A DNA stretch of 64,000 nucleotides, taken from NCBI GenBank assembly GCA_963775735.1, contig CAVZKD010000007.1:1799088-1863087 (forward strand), given 5' to 3'. Shown here in pieces: positions 8,955-18,169 of this stretch (the stretch's first letter is position 1; every line of letters starts with the position of its first letter). The notes under the pieces are model-generated. The model was not told where the DNA came from. It ran no database searches and saw only the letters and a list, made by a program, of their open reading frames with translations. Position numbers and translations under genes: made by a program. Source of the stretch: an uncultured Actinomycetes bacterium (GTDB taxonomy: Bacteria; Actinomycetota; UBA4738; HRBIN12).

Positions 8955-10340
8955 GTGCGACGACCCTCCCTCCGATCCGCGCTCGTCCTGGCGCTGCTGG
9001 CCGCCGCCTGCACGAGCGACCCCGCGGTCGGTCCGGGCACCGCGCCCCCATCCGGTTCCTCGGCCTCCGGTCCGGCGGCCTCCGGTCCGACGGGGGAGAC
9101 GCCACCGGTCGGGCTGCAACCTGCGGCTCGTGAAGACGACCGGCGAAGGCGTTCGGGGAACGGTCCGTCCCCGACGCCTCGCGGAGCCCGCCGAAGCGAT
9201 CCGACGCACGCTCGAGGACCTGTACGAAGACGCGATCGCGGACCCCGGGGTCCGTGCTCGAGCACTTCGCCGCATCGGCCCGAGAGCAGGCGCGCCGGAG
9301 CGTCGACCGTCTGCTCCTCGGACCGATGGAGCCCGAGCGAGCCGTCCTGAAGCTCCGGTTCCTCGCCGACGCCCGGCGACGCGCGGAGGCCGCGTTCGCC
9401 GACGTCCTCGTTCGAAGGCCGAGCCATGCGGCCCGAGGGTCCGGTGCGGATCGTCCAGCGGGGCGACTACGTGCTCCGGCGGTCCCCCGACGGCTGGCGG
9501 ATCATGTCGTTCGAGGTGCACCGGCGCGTCTCCGAGCGGCGGACCGAGGTGGCGTTCGCGCCCGGGCTGCTGCCCGACCGCGATCCCACGTTCGTCCTGG
9601 TGATCGGCTCCGACGCGCGCCCGGGCCAGTCCGTCACCCGGACGCGAGCGGACTCGATCCACATCGTCGGCGTGAACCCACGGCGCAACCGGGCATCGAT
9701 CGTCGGCATCCCCCGGGATGCGTGGGTGACGATCCCGGGGGCCGGGTCCGACAAGATCAACGCCGCGCTCGTCCGGGGCGGTCCCGAGCTCCTCGTGGAC
9801 ACCGTGGAACGCCTGTCGGGGGTGCGGATCGACGCGTACGTGGTCGCCGGGTTCGAGGACTTCATCACCCTCGTCGACGCGGTCGGGGGGATCGACATCC
9901 GGATCCCGTATGCGATCGACGACCGGCTCGCGCATGCCCGGTTCCGGCCGGGGCCCGAGCACCTCGGCGGACGCGAAGCGCTCGCGCTGTCGCGGGCCCG
10001 ACACGACCTACCGAGCGGCGACTTCGGGCGTTCGTTGAACCAGGGAAGAGTGATGGTCGCCGCGCTCGCTACCTTGCGGGATCAGATCGCGCACGACCGA
10101 GCGGCCATGCTTCCGTGGGTGCTCGCCGGCGTCCGACATCTGCGCACGGACCTATCGCCCACCGATGTGTTCGAGCTGGTGCTGGCTGCCTCGGCGTTCG
10201 AACCGCCGCGGGTCACGAACGCGGTCGCGCCCGGTGGGACCGGACGGGTCGGGAACCGGAGCGTGGTCTTCCTGAACGATCGCGCGTCCGCGATGTTCCG
10301 AGATCTTGCGCGTGACGGTGTCGTCGACCGGTCGACGTGA
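8955..10340 (+). pseudogene. LytR-CpsA-Psr (LCP) family protein with lipoprotein signal and extra N-terminal domain; three apparent +1 frame breaks (about 9115, 9252, 9415)
   Basis: GTG 8955 gives VRRPSLRSALVLALLAAAC (lipobox). The GC3-rich coding signal then moves through frames 0 to 1 to 2 and back to 0 (LRLVKTTGEG..EDLYEDAIADPGV / LEHFAASAREQARRSVDRLLLG..RFLADARRRAEAAFADVLV / RPEGPVRIVQRGDYVLRRSPDGWRIMSFEV). The LCP core is intact in ORF 9426..10340 (FVLVIGSDARPG..RADSIHIVGVNP..IPRDAWV..DKINAA). Confidence 0.6.
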
Positions 10341-10381
10341 GCTCGACTCGATCGTCCGGAAGCGGCGGATGGCAGAGCAGA

Positions 10382-11314
10382 TCATCGCGGGACGGGTTCC
10401 ACGGTCGTTCGGTACGAGGGGACCGGAGCCTCGCCGGTGCTCCGGCACGTGAGGACGTGCCGGAGCGTCATGGCGAGCGACACCCCGACCCGATAGCGTC
10501 CGGCGACGGTCCGGAACATCGCCACCACCTCGTCACGCGTCCCGCTCGCGGATCCCAGCTCGACGTCGTCGATGCGATCGAGGCCCAGCTCCGCGCGGAG
10601 CGCATGCTCGGCGGCTTGCACGGCCATCGAGGAACAGGAGCGCCCTCGGTAGCGGTCGAGCGCGATCCGCCCATCGAGGTACGCGCGCGCGACCCGCTCT
10701 GCGTCCGGGGGATCGACGCGTCCGAAGTAACACCCGTGCGGGAACGCGACGACGTTGCCCGCGAACCGGTCCCCGCCGATGTGGCTGCACTCCCAGGTCG
10801 GTTCCGGGAACGCGTCGGTGAGCGATCTGGCGAGCGGGCGGCCCCGCTCAGCGCAACAGGTGTCGTGACGTCCGTGTGTGCACACGAGGAAGAGCGCCGC
10901 CTCGTGCGGCTCCAGGCCCGGCCGCTCCCCCGCGCCGAGTGCCTCGAGATCGATCCCGAGCGCATCCCGGATGTGCCCGAGGCGCGCGCGTTCGATCCAC
11001 GGCGGCTCCGGACCGGATCGGATCGCGAACGCCGTCGTTCCGGAGGACGCATCGGTACCGGCCATCCGCCGGATCAACACGGGTCGGACGTTCGCGACCG
11101 CGCATCGGGCGAGCAGCTCCCGACCGAGGCCCTCCGGCAACCGGGAGTCGACGAACGCGTCGATCCCCCAGGGACCGGGGTGCTCGAGCAGCAGCCACGA
11201 CCGAACCGTCGAGGCCGTGCCGGCCATCGGTTCGGCTCGGGTCGCGCTCGCGGCGGAGCATCGGAACGGATCCGGCGACACGCGGTCAGCGTACGGGGCG
11301 AAGCAGCCCCTCAC
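10382..11314 (-). CDS. Sucrase/ferredoxin-like (thioredoxin-fold [2Fe-2S]-type) family protein
   Basis: 310-aa ORF with EPMAGTASTVRSWLLLEHPGPWG and FLVCTHGRHDTCCAERG, typical of the Suc_Fer-like family. An alternative GTG start at 11281 lies 5 nt after the upstream stop. Confidence 0.7.
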   Translation of the reverse strand: MRGCFAPYADRVSPDPFRCSAASATRAEPMAGTASTVRSWLLLEHPGPWGIDAFVDSRLPEGLGRELLARCAVANVRPVLIRRMAGTDASSGTTAFAIRSGPEPPWIERARLGHIRDALGIDLEALGAGERPGLEPHEAALFLVCTHGRHDTCCAERGRPLARSLTDAFPEPTWECSHIGGDRFAGNVVAFPHGCYFGRVDPPDAERVARAYLDGRIALDRYRGRSCSSMAVQAAEHALRAELGLDRIDDVELGSASGTRDEVVAMFRTVAGRYRVGVSLAMTLRHVLTCRSTGEAPVPSYRTTVEPVPR

Positions 11315-12477
11315 GCACGAGCCTGCGGGCGAGCACGAGGCGGCTCGCCGGATCGCGGATCTCCGGGCTCAGCTCCTCGACGCGGAAGCGTGCGTTCGAC
11401 GCGATCCGATCCATCGCGGACCGGAGCCACAGGGGCATCTCGAGCCGTCGATCCCCGAGCAGCGCGACGAGCACGTCGGCTCGCCGCACGACCTCGCACA
11501 CGGCGCCCGGCCTGCGTTCCAACAGCGTCCGGTCCTCGATCAGGTCGAGCTCCGCCTGGTCGGCGAGGACGCCGCGGAGCAGCGACGCCCGCGTGGAGCC
11601 GAACGCGATCGCTCGCTCCTGGACGAGCTCCTGCGCATCCACGCCTTCGAGCGCGTCGCCGCGGGTCGACAGCCGGGCGGTGAGTTCCGCCGCGAGGCCC
11701 CCGAGCGCTCGGTTCCAGCCGGCCGGCAGGGGGTCGTCCAGGGTCGGATCGCCCGCGGTCCGCCTCCAGGCCGCATCGAGCAGCTCGCGCCACCGGATGA
11801 CGTTCACCCCGACCGTGAGGTGACCCGACAGCGTCGTCTTGCGTCGACGCCGCGTGCGGCGTGCCTTCCGGCATGTAGATCGCGTCGCCCGGAGCGAGCT
11901 CCGCCATGATCGGCCCGCGCTCCGGTTCGCCGGGAGCCGCGTGCACCTCCCACGACTTGCGGCCGAACGCCTGCAGCACGAAGACGTCGTGCGCGTCGGC
12001 ATGGAGGGCGAGACCCTGCGCCCCCGGCGGTGAGATGTACGCGTTGACCTGACACGGATGTCCCAGATCGAGCTCGAGATCGCGGACGAAGCGCGTCACC
12101 GGCTCCCAGTAGCGGTGCAGCCCCTGCAACACGACCGTCGCCCCGTTCCGGAACAGCTCGAAGATCCGCGCGGGATCGGCCATCCCGCTCACCGGCTTCG
12201 ATCCCGTCGTACCCGAGCGCGTATAGGCGGACTCCGGGATCTGCTCACCGGCCCGCACGAGACGGAACGACGGCGTCCGGACCGACGTCGTCGAGAGGAT
12301 CCGGTCCACGTCGTCGAGTGTGAGCAGGTCGATGAACCCGCCGGGGTCGCCGCCGTCGCGTACGAGCGCACGGCGGCCCCACGCGTTCCGAAGGAACGAC
12401 GTCGGATCGCCGGTGCAGCGGACGAGGGCGGAGTCGCGCTCGGCGCCGGCGCGCTCGAGCTCGACGACGGAGGTCAC
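11286..12477 (-). pseudogene. JmjC / cupin-4 family 2-oxoglutarate Fe(II) oxygenase; one frame break near 11832
   Basis: From GTG 12477 in the ORF 11311..12753 frame: HxD in GLALHADAHDVFVLQ, then GDAIYMPEGTPHAAST. After ..STQDD the protein continues in the ORF 11286..12002 frame (LSGHLTVGVNVIRWRELL...), as expected for cupin_4 proteins. Confidence 0.7.
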
Positions 12478-12719
12478 GAGGCCTGGTCGGTCCCGTCCGC
12501 GTCCGTCATGTCGGTCCCGTCGGCATCCTGTGCATCGGTGCCGTCCTGGTCCTTCGTGTCGGTGCTGTCCTGGTCGTCCTTCGTATCGGTGCCGTCCTGG
12601 TCCTGCGCGTCCGTGCCGTCTTGGTCCCCTGGACGCTCGGTCTCCGCCGAGCCGATCCCCGAAGCGACCGTTCGGATGTCCGCATCCGTCAGGCTCTCCG
12701 GCGTCGTCGTCTCGTCCAT
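12474..12719 (-). CDS. Small acidic protein with six DxDGTD octapeptide repeats
   Basis: 81 aa from ATG 12719, which is preceded by GGGAGGAGG. Reads MDETTTPESLTDADIRTVASGIGSAETERPGDQDGTDAQDQDGTDTKDDQDSTDTKDQDGTDAQDADGTDMTDADGTDQAS. The frame is GC3-rich, and the stop overlaps the cupin start as GTGA. Confidence 0.65.
   Translation of the reverse strand: MDETTTPESLTDADIRTVASGIGSAETERPGDQDGTDAQDQDGTDTKDDQDSTDTKDQDGTDAQDADGTDMTDADGTDQAS
12486..12626 (-). repeat. Six imperfect 24-27 nt tandem repeats encoding DxDGTDxx
   Basis: Visible as repeated gtcggtgccgtcctggtc-type units on the plus strand. Confidence 0.8.
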
Positions 12720-12845
12720 GCCCGCCTCCTCCCTCGACCCTGCACGCGACCACGTGCTGTGCACGATCGTATGCCCGTTCGAACGGTTCCCGCTGGGATC
12801 GCCACCCCCCTCACCGGGTTGGGTGACGTCGGTTCGACCAGTGCG

Positions 12846-13376
12846 CTACGAGGGTGCCCCCGGTTCGCCCGACGCTCGAGCCGCCTCGAGCGCCCCCTCG
12901 AGCGACCCCTTCGACACCTTTGAGGTCCTGCTGACCTTCTCCTTTGCCTGATCCATGACGTCGAGCACCGTGGCTTCGGAGTCCGCGTCGGTGATCACCA
13001 CGAGCGAGATCTCGCCCTTCGACAGGAACGACCCGAGCTCCCGGGCCTCATGCTCCGATAACCCACGGGTGAGCAGTGAACCCACTTCACCCACCACCGC
13101 CCCGCCGGCCGCCCCCGCCGCGAGCGCCGCGAGGCCCACCGGGGGGGCCAGGACCGCGAAGAACCCGACCGCGGTCCCGTAGATCGCGCCGAGGGCCGCC
13201 CCGTGGTGCTTGGTCCGTTCGCTGATGTCCACCGTGCCGTCGTCGCGGCGGACGATCACGGCGGCGTCGTGCAGGTCGATGTGCTGGCCGTCTCCGAGCT
13301 CCTTGACCGCCTCCAAGGCGCGATCGGCGGCGGCGATGTCCCCGTACAGCCCCAAGCAGATGACCGTTCCGCTCAT
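12846..13376 (-). CDS. DUF1269-like membrane protein
   Basis: 176-aa ORF. An N-terminal soluble domain is followed by a Gly/Ala-rich hydrophobic core (GAALGAIYGTAVGFFAVLAPPVGLAALAAGAAGGAVVG) and a C-terminal soluble domain. Confidence 0.6.
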   Translation of the reverse strand: MSGTVICLGLYGDIAAADRALEAVKELGDGQHIDLHDAAVIVRRDDGTVDISERTKHHGAALGAIYGTAVGFFAVLAPPVGLAALAAGAAGGAVVGEVGSLLTRGLSEHEARELGSFLSKGEISLVVITDADSEATVLDVMDQAKEKVSRTSKVSKGSLEGALEAARASGEPGAPS

Positions 13377-13478
13377 CGAACCCGCCCTCTCCCTCGGCGA
13401 GCGTTCCTTCTATCACGATGAGCGCCGGGCCGGGCCGGGGCTAGCCTGCCCGGACCCGATCGGGAAAGGGGTTCGGCC

Positions 13479-14343
13479 ATGTCGACTTCTCGGGTCCTCC
13501 GTCGGTTCCTCGCCGCCGCGTGCGGTGTCGGCCTGTTCGCGAGCGGGATGGCCTCCGCCTCGCTCCGCTCGGCGGCGGCCGGTGACGAAGGCGACGACCT
13601 CGCTCCGACGGCGCTGCCGGGCTTCAGCGAGGTCGTCATCCTCAGTCACCGCAACGCGCCGAAGACGACACCGCTGTTCCCCGGCGACCCGCGGTTCCGT
13701 ATCGAGACGGTGTTCACCGTGCACCACGACGGCTTCTTCCTCGAGGTCGTGCACGAGGGCACGCACAGCGGCACCCACTACAGCGCGCCGTGTCACTTCC
13801 GCGCGGGAGCGCGGTGCATGGACGATCTCTCGTCCGCCGACCTCGTGCTGCCGGCGGTCGTGATCGATGTGCGCGAACAGGTCGTCCGCGGATCCCGATC
13901 ACGTCGTGACGGTCGCCGACCTGCGGGCGTGGGAGGACACGTTCGGCCAGATGCCGGAGGGTGCCGCCGTCCTGTTGTGGACCGGGTGCTCGCGGTTCTG
14001 GGCCGACGGGGACACCGACGGCGAGCCGAACTACTACAACTGTGGTTCGGGCATGTCCGGTGTGCACCAGCCGGGTTTCTCGCGGAACGCGGTGCGTTGG
14101 CTGATCGAGACCGATGTGCTCGGCAAGCGCGGCGCGCTCGGTACCGACACGTTCGGGCCCGACCCGTCGTCCGACGCGTCGTTCACACCGTCGTACCTGA
14201 CGCTCGACCGCCATCGCGTGACGATCGAGAACCTCACGGACCTCGGGTCCCTGCCGGCGACCGGGGCGTGGATCGCCCTCGGCAGCCCGAGGAACGCGAA
14301 CGGTTCCGGGGCGCCCGGGACGGTGTTCGGTTTCATCCCGTAG
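13479..14343 (+). pseudogene. Cyclase family protein (kynurenine-formamidase-like), secreted; one frame break near 13887
   Basis: Signal peptide MSTSRVLRRFLAAACGVGLFASG. Contains HEGTHSGTHYSAPCHF (HxGTHxDxPxH-like motif). After ..VIDVREQVV it continues in the ORF 13867..14343 frame (ADPDHVVTVADLRAWE...GALGTDTFGPD). Confidence 0.7.
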
Positions 14344-14371
14344 CTCCGGTCGAGGAAAGGGGTCGAGCACG

Positions 14372-14821
14372 ATGTCGATGGACGACGGTTCCCTGTACCC
14401 GAGCGCGGTGTCGGGCCGGATCGGCTTCTTCGATCGCTTCGCGGGATGGGCGAGCGGGATCGTGAGCCGCGCGCCGTTCTTCGCGTTCTGCCTGCTGCTG
14501 GTCGCCTTCTGGCTCGTCGAGGGGGCCATCCGCGTGGCATCGGACGGACCGTCCGCGTTCCTCGGTGGCAGCTACCAGCTGCAGATCAACACGACCACCA
14601 CGATCATCACGTTCCTGCTCGTGGCGCTCCTGCAGAACAGCCAGACCCGCAGCGACCGGGCGATCCAGCACAAGCTCAACGCGGTCGCCGACGGCCTCGC
14701 GGACCTCATGAGCCACCTGGCCGAGCGCGCGGACGACGAAGACCTGCGACGAGACATCCGGGAGCTCCGCGCGGCGATCGGCCTCGAGCGGCGCGAGACG
14801 ACCAAACACGAGCGTGGCTGA
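14372..14821 (+). CDS. Low-affinity iron permease family protein
   Basis: 149-aa ORF with YQLQINTTTTIITFLLVALLQNSQTRSDRAIQHKLNAV, characteristic of this family. Confidence 0.75.
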   Translation: MSMDDGSLYPSAVSGRIGFFDRFAGWASGIVSRAPFFAFCLLLVAFWLVEGAIRVASDGPSAFLGGSYQLQINTTTTIITFLLVALLQNSQTRSDRAIQHKLNAVADGLADLMSHLAERADDEDLRRDIRELRAAIGLERRETTKHERG

Positions 14822-14838
14822 GCGCGACGCCGGGGCGG

Positions 14839-15063
14839 TCAGCCGCGGCAGGCGCACGCCCCGCCACAGGCGCACCCGCCCGACCGTGGCGAGGGATCGT
14901 ACGAGGCAGCTGCTCCCGTGTTCGCAGCGAACGAGAACCGCCGTCGCACCCGCTCGCTCCGGCACGAGGGGCAGGCGAGCGCGGTGTCGACCGAGGCGGT
15001 CATCGGACGCCGATCCTCGAAGTGGTGCTCGCAGGACAGGCACAGGTACTCGTACGACGCCAT
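14839..15063 (-). CDS. FmdB-family zinc-ribbon protein
   Basis: 74 aa, MASYEYLCLSCEHHFE...ACPSCRSERVRRRFS, with a Cys/Gly-rich tail. Lies inside ORF 14839..15249. Confidence 0.7.
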   Translation of the reverse strand: MASYEYLCLSCEHHFEDRRPMTASVDTALACPSCRSERVRRRFSFAANTGAAASYDPSPRSGGCACGGACACRG

Positions 15064-15230
15064 CGTCCGAAGGATACCGGCGTGCGGCGCAGGCGGCGCG
15101 AAGACGCCCGGCCCCGTGTGGTCGACCGACGCCTGAGATCGGGCGGCCCAGGAAGAACTACACCAAATGACTAGCCCCGTCGTTGCCTCGTTCCCTAGCC
15201 CTTCGAACCGCGCACCCGATATAAGGAGAC

Positions 15231-15596
15231 ATGGCGGCGATCCGGGCACAGTGCTTCGCTTGCGGGGTCGTGGACCTCTCAGCGGAGCAGATCTCCCTGC
15301 ACCTGCACCCGTCCGGAGCGAGAGGTGCGTACCGGTTCACCTGCCCCCACTGCCGCTCGGAGATCGATCGGCCTGCCAACCGGGAGACGGTGGCCCTCCT
15401 GCTCGCCGTCGGCGTCGAGACGGTCCGGGCGCGCGACGAGGCGTCGACCAGCGACCGAACCCTTCCGCCCGAGGACCGGAGCCCGGATCCACATGCCGCG
15501 GTGCTCACGCTCGACGACGTGATCACGTTCCACTTCCTCCTCGAGAACGACGAGCGCGACGGCGCGATCACGGAGATGCTCTCTCCGGAATCGTGA
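15231..15596 (+). CDS. Hypothetical zinc-ribbon protein
   Basis: 121-aa ORF. The ATG is preceded by TAAGGAGAC. Two CxxC pairs are present (CFAC...CPHC). The frame is GC3-rich. Confidence 0.55.
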   Translation: MAAIRAQCFACGVVDLSAEQISLHLHPSGARGAYRFTCPHCRSEIDRPANRETVALLLAVGVETVRARDEASTSDRTLPPEDRSPDPHAAVLTLDDVITFHFLLENDERDGAITEMLSPES

Positions 15597-15615
15597 GCGG
15601 CCGCATCGGCCGCTC
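15595..15615 (+). terminator. Perfect 9-bp stem / 3-nt loop hairpin at the stop codon of the preceding gene
   Basis: GAGCGGCCG-cat-CGGCCGCTC, with no T tract. Confidence 0.35.
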
Positions 15616-15805
15616 GGCCGACTCAGGCAGACGCATCGACGTTCCGATGTTGGAGGGGATGCGTATCAGATCGACCGACGAGATCTCGGGACGTGCCGTC
15701 GCGCTGGCGTGGGTGCTCGCCATCGCGGCGCTGTCCTCGTTGCGCAAGGCCGCGCGAGGCGGGGCCCGACCGCGGACGTCACTTCGGGTCTGACCGAGGC
15801 CCGGA

Positions 15806-16843
15806 TCAGGTCGGGGCCGTCTCGACCGGGTCCAGCGGGTGACGGGTCGGACCGTTGCGGACCGCGCCGTCGCTCTCGTACCGGCTGCCGTGACACGGGC
15901 AGTCCCACGTCTTGGCTCGGTGGTTCCACCCGACGGTGCACCCGAGGTGCTTGCACTTGGGTGAGAGCGTGATGAGCGCCCCGGTCTCGTCGCGGAACGC
16001 CGCCACCTTCGTACCTTCGACCTCGACGATCGCGCCCTCGCCGGGTTCGAGTTCCTCGACCGACCGACCGACGGTGTTGACGATCAGGACGTCGCACGGG
16101 GCGCCGTGCGAGACGGCGTCCGGCACGGCGCCGGCGAAGAACCGCAGCGCTCCGCTCATCCCCTTGTTCCCGACGACGACCAGGTCGTGGCCCTCCGTCG
16201 CGGCGAGTTCCGAGATCGCGCCGCCGGCGTCTCCGCTCAGCAGCCGAACCGGCACCTCCGGGTCGCCGAGGCGCTCGGCGGTGTCGCGGAGGACGATCTC
16301 GCCGACCGGCGCCTCGCCCACGAGCACGAGCGTGATCCCCGCTCCGAGGAGGCGAGCGAACTCCGCCCCGACCCGCACGGCACGGTCGGCCGTCGGCGAG
16401 CCGTCGGTGGCGATCAGGATGCTGCCGTACTCACCGGGCGCGTGGGCGCGATCGGGTTTGGAGGTGCGAACGATCAGCAGGTCGCAGGGCATCCCGTGGG
16501 AGACTCGGTCGGGCACCCCGCCGGTCCGGAGCCTCCGGCGCTCCCCCATCCCGACGTCACCGACGACGATGAGCTCGCCGTCCCGGCGATCCGCGAGCTC
16601 CACGAGCACCGCGGACGGCTCCCCGGCGACGAGCTCGGTCTCAGCGGGCACGCCGCCGGCCTCGGCACGCGCTCGCGCGGTCTCGACGGCATCCGCGGCG
16701 CGCTTCTCGCCATCCGCATCCTCGAAGGCCGACACGAACAGCACCCGACCGCCGGTCGCGCTCGCGAGCTCCACCGCCACGCCCTCGGCGATCGCGGCCG
16801 TCTCGGACCCGTCGGTTCCGACGACGATCGCTCCGTAGGGCAT
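15806..16843 (-). CDS. Tandem universal stress protein domains fused to a C-terminal Rieske [2Fe-2S] domain
   Basis: 345 aa from ATG 16843, which is preceded by GAGGAGGA. Two USP halves (IVVGTDGS...VVGDVGMG...VSHGMPCDLLIV and ILIATDGS...VVGNKGMSG...VSHGAPCDVLIV) are followed by CKHLGC...CPCHGS. Confidence 0.8.
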   Translation of the reverse strand: MPYGAIVVGTDGSETAAIAEGVAVELASATGGRVLFVSAFEDADGEKRAADAVETARARAEAGGVPAETELVAGEPSAVLVELADRRDGELIVVGDVGMGERRRLRTGGVPDRVSHGMPCDLLIVRTSKPDRAHAPGEYGSILIATDGSPTADRAVRVGAEFARLLGAGITLVLVGEAPVGEIVLRDTAERLGDPEVPVRLLSGDAGGAISELAATEGHDLVVVGNKGMSGALRFFAGAVPDAVSHGAPCDVLIVNTVGRSVEELEPGEGAIVEVEGTKVAAFRDETGALITLSPKCKHLGCTVGWNHRAKTWDCPCHGSRYESDGAVRNGPTRHPLDPVETAPT

Positions 16844-16860
16844 CTCATCCTCCTCGGAGA

Positions 16861-17313
16861 TCAGAAGGGCTTCAGGACCATCAGGTACGCGATGAAGGCG
16901 ATCGAGAGCAGACCGACGGCGAGGACCACGATCGGCAGGTTCGACCGCAGCATCACCTCGAGCTGCTCGGGCCCGACCGCGGAACTGCCGGACTCCTCGA
17001 TCGTCATCACCTCCCGGATCTTCTTGTAGTAGGGCACGGGCACCGCGTACATGAAGACCAGGTTCGCGAGGAACACACCGAGCGCCACCCAGATCCATCC
17101 GTTCCCCCACCAGTGGCCGCTGAAGCCCGCCCAGATGCCGCCGACGAGCAGCAGGAGGATCGACACGTAGAGCACGGCGAGCGACGAGCTCGAGACCTGC
17201 AGCATCACCCGGATCCGATCGGGGTTGCGCTCGTGACGCAGTCGGAGCGCCATCGCGGCGGTCACGCCGTGCGTGAACATGAACCCAAGGACGCCCAGGA
17301 TGTGGACGAGCAC
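16861..17313 (-). CDS. DUF2269-like four-helix membrane protein (start uncertain)
   Basis: ORF 16861..17493. The hydrophobic core starts at ALYEWLVLVHILGVLGFMF. GTG 17313 was chosen because the upstream part overlaps the M14 gene and is Arg/Ser-rich. Confidence 0.5.
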   Translation of the reverse strand: MLVHILGVLGFMFTHGVTAAMALRLRHERNPDRIRVMLQVSSSSLAVLYVSILLLLVGGIWAGFSGHWWGNGWIWVALGVFLANLVFMYAVPVPYYKKIREVMTIEESGSSAVGPEQLEVMLRSNLPIVVLAVGLLSIAFIAYLMVLKPF

Positions 17314-17362
17314 CAGCCACTCGTACAGAGCCGAGTCCTCCTCGTGATCCGCGTCGCAAACA

Positions 17363-18169
17363 TTATCGAGTTCGCCGCGCTCGCATCGCCGACGTGACGG
17401 CTTCCGATGCACGAGCTGGGACGGCGAGGCGCAGGACCGCACGCGCGTACCGACGGGCGTCCCGTGGCCGGAGCGCGCCCGGGGGCAGCTCAACCACGAA
17501 CGCCTCGGACCCGTGGAGACGATGCTTCTGCCAGGAGGTCGCCGTCCCGCGGAGCCGGGCGAGGTGCGCCAGGGGTAGACCGACCAGGCGCGCGTATCGG
17601 CGCTCGATCCGAACGTCGCCGGACGCGTCGACGAGCGCGAGCGGCTGGTGGAACCAGATCGTCACGTCGGGTTCGATCCGCCGGATGAGGCGCATCGCGA
17701 TGCGCGTCTCCGGTTCGGACGCCGGGCGGGGGCCCGGGTAGTAGCGACCTCGCGGCGCCGGTCGCCACCGGAACGGGAAGTTCCGGTTCAGGTCGACGCC
17801 TCGCGCGTTCTGTCGTGCGTGGAGCGCACGGCCGTCCGGGTTCAGGTTCGGAACGATCCACAGGTCGATGACCTGCCGCGGCGGACCCATCCGCAACCGC
17901 CTCGCGATCCGGATCCCCGCGCATTCGTCGCCGTGGATACAGCCGACGACGAGGACACGGACCTCGTCCGGGTCGCCGCGATGGTACGCGTCGATCGACC
18001 GCCCCTCGAACGACTCGCCGAGCGTCTGGCGTTCGTCGACGCTCGATCCCGCCCACGCGTGCGTCGTGGCGAGCAGTGCGATCAGCAACGTGAGCGCGGC
18101 TATCCCGACTCGGGGTGAGCCGGGCGCGGTATCCGGTCTACGCGCGTCGGCGGATGTGCGGGCCCGCAC
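17363..18169 (-). CDS. M14 family zinc carboxypeptidase (murein-peptide peptidase-like), secreted
   Basis: 268-aa ORF with signal peptide GIAALTLLIALLATTHAWA. Motifs: GCIHGDECAG (HxxE), NLNPDG and NRNF. Confidence 0.8.
   Translation of the reverse strand: MRARTSADARRPDTAPGSPRVGIAALTLLIALLATTHAWAGSSVDERQTLGESFEGRSIDAYHRGDPDEVRVLVVGCIHGDECAGIRIARRLRMGPPRQVIDLWIVPNLNPDGRALHARQNARGVDLNRNFPFRWRPAPRGRYYPGPRPASEPETRIAMRLIRRIEPDVTIWFHQPLALVDASGDVRIERRYARLVGLPLAHLARLRGTATSWQKHRLHGSEAFVVELPPGALRPRDARRYARAVLRLAVPARASEAVTSAMRARRTR

Noticed and set aside
12720-12845. GGAAC-N16-CGAT, possibly an ECF-sigma-type promoter upstream of the acidic repeat gene.
   Set aside because: The match is weak and I cannot evaluate it statistically by eye. 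It is not reported as a feature.
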